64,000 nucleotides of DNA. Source: an uncultured Gemmatimonadales bacterium. Its GTDB lineage: Bacteria > Gemmatimonadota > Gemmatimonadetes > Longimicrobiales > Gaopeijiaceae. The translations under genes were made by a program, and so were the position numbers. Where the stretch lies: positions 160,001 through 224,000 of the forward strand of contig CAWGKG010000014.1 in assembly GCA_963823035.1 (NCBI GenBank). The letters are read 5' to 3'. This document shows positions 33,303 to 49,366 of this stretch, in pieces. Under the pieces are notes generated by a model that saw only the letters and a list, made by a program, of their open reading frames with translations, searched no databases and was not told the DNA's origin. Each line of letters begins with the position of its first letter. The stretch's first letter is position 1.

Positions 33303-34538
33303 ATGTCCAGGCTCTCCTTCCCCAAGGAGAACATCCGCATCCTCCTCCTGGAAGGGATCGATCCCAGCGCGGTCGAGGCCTTCCGAAGCCACGGCTACAC
33401 CAACGTCGAGCTGGTAGCCGGGGCCCCGGAGGAGGACGAGCTCGTCTCCCGGATCCGCGACGTGCACATCCTGGGGATCCGCTCCCGGACGCGCCTGACG
33501 CGGCGCGCGATCGAGGCCGCCCCGAAGCTCTTCTGCGTGGGTTGCTTCTGCATCGGCACGAACCAGGTGGCGCTCGACGAGGCGAAGCGGGCCGGAATCC
33601 CCGTGTTCAACGCGCCATACTCCAACACCCGCTCGGTGGCCGAGCTCGTGATCGGTGAGGTGATCCTCCTCATCCGCGGCATCCCCGAGCGGGCGGCGCA
33701 CGCCAGGCGGGGTGGCTGGCTCAAGACGTCGTCCGACGCCTCCGAGGTGAGGGGCAAGACGCTGGGCATCGTCGGGTACGGCCACATCGGCTCCCAGGTG
33801 TCGGTGCTGGCGGAGACGCTGGGCATGCAGGTGATCTACCACGACATCGCGCCGAAGCTCAGCATCGGCAACGCCCGTCCGTGCACCACCCTGGACGACC
33901 TGCTCGAGCAGGCGGACGCCGTCACCCTGCACGTCCCGGCGACCCGCGAGACCGAGGACCTCATCGGCCCCCACGAGCTCGCGCGCATGCGGCCGGGTTC
34001 GGTGCTGCTCAACCTGTCGCGGGGGAACGTCGTGGACATCGACGCCTTGACCGAGGCGCTTCGGGCGGGTCACCTGCGCGGTGCGGCCATCGACGTCTTC
34101 CCGACGGAGCCGGCTTCCCCGGCGGAGGCCTTCACGTCCCCGCTGCAGGCGTTCGACAACGTCATCCTCACCCCGCACGTGGGTGGATCCACCCGTGAGG
34201 CACAGGCCAACATCGGAGTCGAGGTCGCCGAGAAGCTGGCACGCTACTCGGACAACGGCACGACGCTCGGCGCGGTGAACTTCGTGGAGGTCGCGCTCCC
34301 CTCGCATGGGGGGGCGACCCGATTCCTCCACATCCACCGCAACATCCCCGGCGTGCTGACCCACATCAACGAGGTGTTCTCGACACGGAGCCTGAACGTC
34401 GCGGCGCAGTACCTGCGCACGGACGGGGAGGTCGGCTACGTGGTGGTGGACGTCGACGGGGACCTGGACGGCGGGGAGAGCATCCGGCGGGACCTCGAGG
34501 TCGTCGACGGGACGATCCGCACCCGCTTCCTGACGTAG
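33303..34538 (+). CDS. serA: D-3-phosphoglycerate dehydrogenase, short E. coli-like form with C-terminal ACT domain
   Basis: [58 protein letters not shown]; 411 aa from ATG 33303. Confidence 0.95.
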   Translation: MSRLSFPKENIRILLLEGIDPSAVEAFRSHGYTNVELVAGAPEEDELVSRIRDVHILGIRSRTRLTRRAIEAAPKLFCVGCFCIGTNQVALDEAKRAGIPVFNAPYSNTRSVAELVIGEVILLIRGIPERAAHARRGGWLKTSSDASEVRGKTLGIVGYGHIGSQVSVLAETLGMQVIYHDIAPKLSIGNARPCTTLDDLLEQADAVTLHVPATRETEDLIGPHELARMRPGSVLLNLSRGNVVDIDALTEALRAGHLRGAAIDVFPTEPASPAEAFTSPLQAFDNVILTPHVGGSTREAQANIGVEVAEKLARYSDNGTTLGAVNFVEVALPSHGGATRFLHIHRNIPGVLTHINEVFSTRSLNVAAQYLRTDGEVGYVVVDVDGDLDGGESIRRDLEVVDGTIRTRFLT

Positions 34539-34548
34539 CGGCCCGCGT

Positions 34549-34797
34549 TCAGCCGCCGCCGGGATCCGTCGACCCGGGAGGCGCGACCGCCCACGGTGCC
34601 GTGGGACCCGGCAACGGTGCAACCTCGAATCCACCGACGAGATTGCTCTCCTTCCCCTTCTTGTCGCCGCCCTTCTTGTGGGAGACCGCGGCCTGGGCCA
34701 GGAGCGACGACGGGGCGGACATCGACACCACCACGGGCGCGGCGTAGGCCGCGTTCTTCGCCAGCTTCAGCAGGAACTCCCTGCGGGACGGGTCCAT
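34549..34797 (-). CDS. 82-aa candidate RiPP-like precursor peptide with twin-arginine-like leader and Lys-rich core
   Basis: ATG 34797 with GGAGG SD at 34814-34810; MDPSRREFLLKLAKNAAYAAPVVVSMSAPSSLLAQAAVSHKKGGDKKGKESNLVGGFEVAPLPGPTAPWAVAPPGSTDPGGG; last gene of a kinase/PqqD/methyltransferase unit. Confidence 0.75.
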   Translation of the reverse strand: MDPSRREFLLKLAKNAAYAAPVVVSMSAPSSLLAQAAVSHKKGGDKKGKESNLVGGFEVAPLPGPTAPWAVAPPGSTDPGGG

Positions 34798-34883
34798 CGT
34801 GGTGCCGCACCTCCGTGGGGCGCATGCCATCCGGCGGCAGGACGCGCGCCTCGGTTCCCCACGCCCCGCCTTGGAGGATAACG

Positions 34884-35861
34884 CTAGACGGCCGGGCCGG
34901 GCGAGTCGGCCGCGTCCGCGTCGAGGTCCTCGATCCCGAGCGCGAGGGCGGCGAATTCGTGGCCTCGCCGCGACTCGCCGCTGCAGGCCGCCTGCCAGGT
35001 CAGCCACCCGGGCGCGCCGGCCGGATGCGCTTCACGGCGGACCGCGACCGTGACGCGCCCGCCCGCGGGAACCTCCAGGGGCGGATCGAGCGGCAGGAGC
35101 ACCTGGCCCCAGGGCTCGCCCACCAGGTTGGGCTCGTTGGAGAACCAGATCCCGGGCGCGATCTCGAGGTCGAACCAGAGCGCCAGGGCGTGGACGGTAC
35201 CGGAGGCCGTGGCCTGCCAGGCCCCCTCGACGGACAGGGCCTCGGGTGCGGGCAGAGGCAGAAGGGGAAACCGGGCCGAGCGCACGGGGGGCGCCAGGAG
35301 CTCCGACGGGGCGAGGTGCCCCTGCCGGGGATGGTGCGCGAGGAGCTCGTGGAGGGGCGTCCAGTCGAGGCCCCCGGTGGGACTTTCGTCCGGCGGAGCG
35401 AGGAAGCGGCGCCTCTGCGCCTCCGACTGAACCGGGCCCACGCTCAACCGGGCCGCGCAGGGCACCATGCGCCCGCCCTCGGCCAGGGTCTCGGACTGGA
35501 CGCGCGCCAGGAGGGCGTACGTGCGCGCATCCAGCAGCGTGGTCGTGAAGTCCTCGAAGATCAGGACGTCGATCCCGGTCGGGAGGGGAAGCTCGGCGGC
35601 GTCGCCGTGCAGGCACTCGACGGTCCCGGTGAGACCGTTCGCGGCCGCGAGGCCCCGCGCGACGTGCGCGACCCGATCCCGCTCCACGGCCCACACCTTC
35701 CCGGCCCCGGCGCGGGCGGCGAAGAAGGCGTACGTCCCGAGGCCGCTGCCGAGGTCGAGCACGCGGTCACCCGCGCGCACCGCGGCGCGTATTCCGTCGC
35801 GGAAGGCCAGGATCCTGCGTCGTCCGTGGAGGAGGTCGGCGTAGTAGCCCAGGTCGGTCAT
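34884..35861 (-). CDS. SAM-dependent methyltransferase with protein arginine methyltransferase (PRMT)-type architecture
   Basis: ATG 35861 overlaps the PqqD stop. VLDLGSGLG, VWAVE, IDVLIFEDFTTTLLD, LAEGGRMVP, then beta-barrel motifs GTVHALALWFD and FSNEP..GEPWGQVLLPL..PLEV; 325 aa. Confidence 0.8.
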   Translation of the reverse strand: MTDLGYYADLLHGRRRILAFRDGIRAAVRAGDRVLDLGSGLGTYAFFAARAGAGKVWAVERDRVAHVARGLAAANGLTGTVECLHGDAAELPLPTGIDVLIFEDFTTTLLDARTYALLARVQSETLAEGGRMVPCAARLSVGPVQSEAQRRRFLAPPDESPTGGLDWTPLHELLAHHPRQGHLAPSELLAPPVRSARFPLLPLPAPEALSVEGAWQATASGTVHALALWFDLEIAPGIWFSNEPNLVGEPWGQVLLPLDPPLEVPAGGRVTVAVRREAHPAGAPGWLTWQAACSGESRRGHEFAALALGIEDLDADAADSPGPAV

Positions 35862-36130
35862 CGCAGCAGGCCCTCCCGCGCGAACGTCTCCAGGGCGTCT
35901 CGGACGTCCCGCTGTGCGTCGGCCTCGGCCGGCGGCACGTCGAAGGCCCCCCGCACGGCCTCCACCATCGCGTCCAGGTCGTGCGCGCCGTCGCAGTGCG
36001 ACCAGACGAGGGCGGCCGTCAGGTTCAGCACGTGGAGGCCGCGCGTCCCGGGATCGTACAGCACCCATTGCTCCGCGAGCCGACGGAAGACCACGTCCTC
36101 GCGCCGCTCGGGTCGGAGCGGCGCCCTCAT
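35858..36130 (-). CDS. Stand-alone PqqD-family RiPP recognition element (RRE)
   Basis: 90 aa: VVFRRL..WVLYDP...LHVLNLTAALVWSHCDG...VEAVR..F......RDVRDALETFAREGLL. Confidence 0.9.
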   Translation of the reverse strand: MRAPLRPERREDVVFRRLAEQWVLYDPGTRGLHVLNLTAALVWSHCDGAHDLDAMVEAVRGAFDVPPAEADAQRDVRDALETFAREGLLR

Positions 36131-36161
36131 CGGTCGAGGGCTCGGATCGCGTCCCCCACCC

Positions 36162-37046
36162 TCACGGGGAGACCTCCCCGGCGAGTTCCGCGAGCACCTC
36201 GGCAGCGTCCTCCGCCGAGCCGAAGCGCAGTGCGACGAGGATGGCGCTCTCGGCGATCGTCGCCAGACGCCCCACGCTGTCCGAGGGTTCCAGCCCCGCC
36301 TCCATCACGTGGTCGAGGAGGGCGCGCAGTCCCTCCGCGGCGGAGAGCGGCGTCACGCTCGGACGTGCCCCGGGCTCGAACGCCACCCGGGCCACCAACG
36401 CGACCTTCGACCACCGCCGGCTCCACCCCCCACCCCATTCGTGCGCGTCCCACCAGAGTTCATTCGACCGCGGGTCGGGCGCCACGGTGTCGGCCTCGCG
36501 CAGGCCATGCTCCCGCAGGAGCTCCCGCTCGACCTTCACCAGCCGGGGCACCCCGAGCACCCGTCCGTCGGAGCCGACCAGGACGATGTCGTCGGCGAGG
36601 AGACGGTGGCCCGCACGCGACCAAGCGAGCGCGAGGCTCGACTTCCCCGCCCCCGGGGCACCGAGCGCGAGGATCGCCCGACCGCCGACCATGGCGCCCG
36701 AGGCGTGCAGATGGGTCTCGTGACGATGGCCGGCCAGGAGGTGCGTGAGCACCGCGAACTCCGTGGCCGCGAGGAGCGAGGGGAGTCCCCGGAATCGGCG
36801 AGCGCGGAACGACTTTCCGGTGCCGATGTCCCGAAGGGACCACGAGGCGCCTGCCCGCCCGACCTCGAGCACGGCGCCAGCTCCCCCACCCGCCCCCGCG
36901 ACGAGGGGCCGGAAGAGGCTCGCGACCGCGTCCGCCGTACCCGGATCGGGCGTGAGGACCGTGACGCGGCTCCGCCGCAAGGCGAAGCGTACCTCGACGT
37001 CCGCGGATGTCGCGGCCTTCTCCGTGGTGGTCGTCTCGTGTTCCAT
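36162..37046 (-). CDS. HPr kinase-related P-loop Ser/Thr kinase
   Basis: HLHASGAMVGGRAILALG, Walker A GAPGAGKSSLA, LLADDIVLV; 294 aa; adjacent to PqqD. Confidence 0.82.
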   Translation of the reverse strand: MEHETTTTEKAATSADVEVRFALRRSRVTVLTPDPGTADAVASLFRPLVAGAGGGAGAVLEVGRAGASWSLRDIGTGKSFRARRFRGLPSLLAATEFAVLTHLLAGHRHETHLHASGAMVGGRAILALGAPGAGKSSLALAWSRAGHRLLADDIVLVGSDGRVLGVPRLVKVERELLREHGLREADTVAPDPRSNELWWDAHEWGGGWSRRWSKVALVARVAFEPGARPSVTPLSAAEGLRALLDHVMEAGLEPSDSVGRLATIAESAILVALRFGSAEDAAEVLAELAGEVSP

Positions 37047-37071
37047 GCGGTGAAAGGTACCCGACGACGAA

Positions 37072-37098
37072 GAGGGGCGCCCCGACGGGACGCCCCTC
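37072..37098 (-). terminator. Hairpin terminator after rpoC
   Basis: Minus strand gaggggcgtccc-gtc-ggggcgcccctc followed by ttcgt. Confidence 0.6.
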
Positions 37099-37126
37099 GC
37101 GTTCGTACCTGGGCGGCCGGCGACGC

Positions 37127-41455
<4,329 letters not shown>

Positions 41456-41460
41456 GTCGC

Positions 41461-45684
<4,224 letters not shown>

Positions 45685-45907
45685 CTTGTGTCCCCCTTAC
45701 GGGACCCGCTCGCGACGGGACCCGGGCGTCTCGGGTTCACCTTGAGCGTCAAGCACGCGAATCCCCGGTCCACAGGCACAACCCCACCTGGGGGTGCCCG
45801 TGTCGGGGACCCTCGCGCTCGACCCTCGGCTGCCGCGACCCCCGCGGCTGCCTCGGATCCGGAGCGATCGCAGTTCTCTCACGAACTGGCGTATTCTCCG
45901 ATCCTTT

Positions 45908-46282
45908 TTACTTGAGAGCGACCGCCGCTCCAACCTCTTCCAACTTGGCCTTGATCTGCTCGGCATCGGCCTTGCCGACGGCCTCCTTGACCGTGCCCGG
46001 CGCACTGTCCACCAGGTCCTTGGCCTCCTTCAGGCCCAGGCCGGTGATCTCGCGCACCACCTTGATGACCTGGATCTTCTTGTCGCCGGCGCTCTCGAGA
46101 ACGACGTCGAACTCGTCCTTCTCCTCGGCCACCGCCGCAGCCTCGCCGCCCCCGGCCATGGCCACCGGAGCGGCCATCGCCTGGACGTTGAACTTCTCCT
46201 TGAACGCCTCGACGAACTCCGACAACTCGAGCACCGTCATGTTGCCGATCGTGTCGAGCAGATCCTCGTGCTTCGTCGCCAT
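45908..46282 (-). CDS. rplL: 50S ribosomal protein L7/L12
   Basis: [33 protein letters not shown]. Confidence 0.98.
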   Translation of the reverse strand: MATKHEDLLDTIGNMTVLELSEFVEAFKEKFNVQAMAAPVAMAGGGEAAAVAEEKDEFDVVLESAGDKKIQVIKVVREITGLGLKEAKDLVDSAPGTVKEAVGKADAEQIKAKLEEVGAAVALK

Positions 46283-46389
46283 CTCCCGCTTCCTCCTGAC
46301 TCGTTCCGGCCGTCGCCGGCGATTGGGTTGACCCTGTTTCGCTCACCAGGGACGCGCCCGCGTCCCCACTACTGCCCGGGAACCGGGCG

Positions 46390-46920
46390 CTAACCGCCTT
46401 CTCCCAGCCGCTTCTCGCGAAGCGCGTCGATCAGGCCGGCCATTTCCTGCAGCTTCGCCTCGAGCGCCATCGCCAGCATCGCCGTGGGCGCATGCAAGGC
46501 GCCGGCGAGCTGAGCGAGCAGCTGTTCCCTCGAGGGAAGCCTCGCCAGCCGGTCGATCTGCTCGGGCTGGAGAACCTGATTCTCCAGGATGCCGAGCTTG
46601 AACGCCGGCCGGTTGTCGTGCTCCTTCGCGAAGTCCGTCAGCGCCTTGGCGGGCGAGACCACGTCCTCGTAGCCGAGGACGACGCCGGTCGGTCCGACCA
46701 TGTCCTCGAAGATGTTCGGCAGCTCCGTATCGCCGAACGCGAGGCGCGCCAGACGGTTCTTCACCACCACGTACTCGGCCCCGTTCGCGCGGAGCGAGCG
46801 GCGCAGCTTCGTGATGGACTTGACGTCCAGCCCCGTGAAGTCCGTCAGATAGACCACGGGAGCCTTGGTGATGCGCTCGCGCAGCTCCGCGACGAACGCC
46901 TCCTTCTCCGTGCGGTTCAT
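46390..46920 (-). CDS. rplJ: 50S ribosomal protein L10
   Basis: DFTGLDV..LR, VVKNRLA, LARLPSREQL. Confidence 0.97.
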   Translation of the reverse strand: MNRTEKEAFVAELRERITKAPVVYLTDFTGLDVKSITKLRRSLRANGAEYVVVKNRLARLAFGDTELPNIFEDMVGPTGVVLGYEDVVSPAKALTDFAKEHDNRPAFKLGILENQVLQPEQIDRLARLPSREQLLAQLAGALHAPTAMLAMALEAKLQEMAGLIDALREKRLGEGG

Positions 46921-47615
46921 CAGGCCCTCCGATACAGGTTCGGGTCGATGGACACGCCCGGTCCCATGGTGCTCGAGACCGTCACGCTCTTCACGTAGGT
47001 CCCCTTGGCGCCCGACGGCTTCGCGCGCACGATCTGGTCCATGAAGGAGCCGAGGTTCTCGGCGAGTTGCGCCTCGGAGAACGAGATCTTCCCGATCGGC
47101 GCGTGCACGTTGCCCGTCTTGTCCACGCGGAACTCGATCTTGCCCGCCTTGATCTCCCTGACTGCACGCTCGACGTCCAGCGTCACGGTTCCGGCCTTCG
47201 GGGTCGGCATGAGACCGCGGGGACCCAGCACCCGGCCCAGCGGACCCACCTTCCCCATGAGGTCCGGCGTCGCGACGCAGACGTCGAAGTCGAGCCAGCC
47301 TTCCTTGATCTTGTCGATGTATTCGGTGCCCACGAAGTCGGCGCCGGCGTTCTCGGCCTCCTGGGCCTTGTCGCCCTGGGCGATGACCAACACACGCACA
47401 GCCTTACCTGTACCGTGGGGAAGCACGACAGTTCCCCTGACGATCTGGTCGGCCCTGCGGGGGTCCACGCCGAGGCGCGTCGCCACCTCGACGGTCTCGT
47501 CGAACTTCGCGAACGCGAGCTCCTTGACGATCTTCACCGCCTCGTCCGGAGCGAACCTGGCGCCTGCGGGCACCGCAGTGCGGGCCGCGGCGTATCGCTT
47601 TCCTAGCTTTGGCAT
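46920..47615 (-). CDS. rplA: 50S ribosomal protein L1
   Basis: [35 protein letters not shown]. Confidence 0.98.
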   Translation of the reverse strand: MPKLGKRYAAARTAVPAGARFAPDEAVKIVKELAFAKFDETVEVATRLGVDPRRADQIVRGTVVLPHGTGKAVRVLVIAQGDKAQEAENAGADFVGTEYIDKIKEGWLDFDVCVATPDLMGKVGPLGRVLGPRGLMPTPKAGTVTLDVERAVREIKAGKIEFRVDKTGNVHAPIGKISFSEAQLAENLGSFMDQIVRAKPSGAKGTYVKSVTVSSTMGPGVSIDPNLYRRA

Positions 47616-47636
47616 GGCATCCGAGCCGTCTCGTGA

Positions 47637-47675
47637 CCCTCCCACCGCTGGCGGCTCTCAGGCGGTGGTAACGGG
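47637..47675 (-). promoter_or_regulatory. Putative L1 autoregulatory binding site upstream of rplA, with permuted strand order
   Basis: Minus strand CCC-GTTA-CCACCGC-loop-GCGGTGG-GA-GGG: the GUGGGAG and G..ACCAC halves of the L1 site, in reversed order. Confidence 0.55.
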
Positions 47676-47721
47676 CTGAAGCGTGTGCTTCGTCCTTCCG
47701 TGCAGCGGGCTTCCCCGCTCC

Positions 47722-48147
47722 CTACCCCTCCACCTCCACGCCCATCGACCGCGCCGTGCCGGCGATCTGCCGCATGGCGCCCTCGACGTCGTTCGCGTTC
47801 AGGTCGGGCATCTTGCTCTCGGCGATCTGACGGAGCTGAGCCTGCGTCAGCTTGCCCACCTTCTCACGGTTCGGAACGCCGGATCCCTTCGGGATGCCCA
47901 GGGCGCGCTGGATGAGCACGGCCGCCGGCGGCGTCTTCGTGATGAAGGTGAAGGACCGGTCGGCGAAGACCGTGATCTCCACCGGAGTCGTGATGCCCTG
48001 CTTGTCCTGCGTCCGCGCGTTGAACTGCTTGCAGAACTCCATGATGTTCACGCCGTGCTGGCCCAACGCGGGGCCCACGGGCGGAGCCGGGTTGGCCTGG
48101 CCACCCGGCACGTGGAGCTTGATGAACCCGATGACCTTCTTCGCCAT
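47722..48147 (-). CDS. rplK: 50S ribosomal protein L11
   Basis: [38 protein letters not shown]. Confidence 0.98.
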   Translation of the reverse strand: MAKKVIGFIKLHVPGGQANPAPPVGPALGQHGVNIMEFCKQFNARTQDKQGITTPVEITVFADRSFTFITKTPPAAVLIQRALGIPKGSGVPNREKVGKLTQAQLRQIAESKMPDLNANDVEGAMRQIAGTARSMGVEVEG

Positions 48148-48148
48148 C

Positions 48149-48694
48149 TCAGTAGCCCTTCAGCTGTGTGTAGTCGAGCTCCACCGAAGTGGGCCGTCCG
48201 AAGAGGGAGACCTCCACCTTCACCTTCCCCTTGTCGGCGTAGACCTCCTGGACCGTCCCGGAGAAATCCGTGAAGGGGCCCTGGGTGATCTCGACGACCT
48301 GCCCTGTGTGGAAGGGGATCTCCTCGCGCGTCGTCTCCTCCTCGGGCGCCTCGACGCCGAGGATCTTGTTGATCTCCTCGTCCCGCAGCGGCTGGGGGGA
48401 CTTCCCCGAGCCGACGAACTTGATGACGCCCTGGATGTTGTTGATGGCGTGCAGGGTCCGTTCGTTCATGGCCATGCTCACCAGCACGTATCCCGGATAG
48501 AGCCGCTTGGTGACGGTCACGCGCTTGCCGTTGCGGATCTCGACCACCTCCTGCGTCGGCACGAGGACGTCCCGGATCTCCTTCTCCTCCGGCTCTCCCA
48601 CCTCTTCCTCGATGCGGCGCTGAATCAGCTTCTGGACCTTGTTCTCGTGTCCGGAATAGGTCTGCACCGCGTACCAGCGCGTATCGGTCATCAT
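48149..48694 (-). CDS. nusG: Transcription termination/antitermination factor NusG
   Basis: [39 protein letters not shown]. Confidence 0.97.
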   Translation of the reverse strand: MMTDTRWYAVQTYSGHENKVQKLIQRRIEEEVGEPEEKEIRDVLVPTQEVVEIRNGKRVTVTKRLYPGYVLVSMAMNERTLHAINNIQGVIKFVGSGKSPQPLRDEEINKILGVEAPEEETTREEIPFHTGQVVEITQGPFTDFSGTVQEVYADKGKVKVEVSLFGRPTSVELDYTQLKGY

Positions 48695-48903
48695 GCGCCG
48701 AACAGGTTCATGATCTGGGCGAGCAGCAAGCGGATCACCGAGTCCATCCCCCAGATGATCAGGGAGATGGCGACCGTGAACGCGATCACCACCAGCGTGG
48801 CGTTCTGAAGCTGGTCCCGGTCGGGCCAGGTGACCTTCTGCAGCTCCGTCCACGATTCCTCGAGGAAGGTGCGCGTGCTCTTGACTCTGTCGACGACGGC
48901 CAT
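48691..48903 (-). CDS. secE: Preprotein translocase SecE
   Basis: ELQKVTWP plus one TM helix; immediately upstream of nusG. Confidence 0.95.
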   Translation of the reverse strand: MAVVDRVKSTRTFLEESWTELQKVTWPDRDQLQNATLVVIAFTVAISLIIWGMDSVIRLLLAQIMNLFGA

Positions 48904-48906
48904 GGC

Positions 48907-49056
48907 CTACTTCGTCTCTTTGTGCGGCGTGTGATTGCGGCAACGTGGGCAGAACTTCTTGTACTCCACCCGCTCCGGATGAAGCCGCTTGTTCTTCGTC
49001 TGCGAGTAGTTGCGCTCCTGGCAGACGGTGCAGGACAGAATGACTTTGTCGCGCAT
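48907..49056 (-). CDS. rpmG: 50S ribosomal protein L33 (Zn-ribbon type)
   Basis: MRDKVILSCTVCQERNY...KKFCPRCRNHTPHKETK. Confidence 0.97.
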   Translation of the reverse strand: MRDKVILSCTVCQERNYSQTKNKRLHPERVEYKKFCPRCRNHTPHKETK

Positions 49057-49100
49057 GGGTCGTGGTGCTCCTTCTCTTGCCCGGCTCTCTTCTTCGGCGC

Positions 49101-49234
49101 GGGCCCCGAGCCGGCGGGCGTCGCGACGAGACCGCTCGGCCGCCGGTCTCCGTATCCTCTTGCTGCTCCCCTTGCCTCGCTCGGCCGCTACGCGCGGCCG
49201 AGTCTCGCTGCGGTCGCCCGCCGGCTCGGGGCCC
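49101..49234. repeat. Perfect 20-bp inverted repeat enclosing nested hairpins in the tuf-rpmG spacer
   Basis: gggccccgagccggcgggcg (49101-49120) is the exact reverse complement of 49215-49234. Confidence 0.85.
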
Positions 49235-49366
49235 TCACTGTCCTTGCGGTACCGCGGCTCTTCGGGCTTCACTCGGGCCGCGGGCCCTTGTTTACACGTC
49301 GGTGGGCCGGTTCCTGGCTCCGACGCTTCGCGCTGCGTGGCCTCGTCCTCTTGCTTCCTTCCTCGG

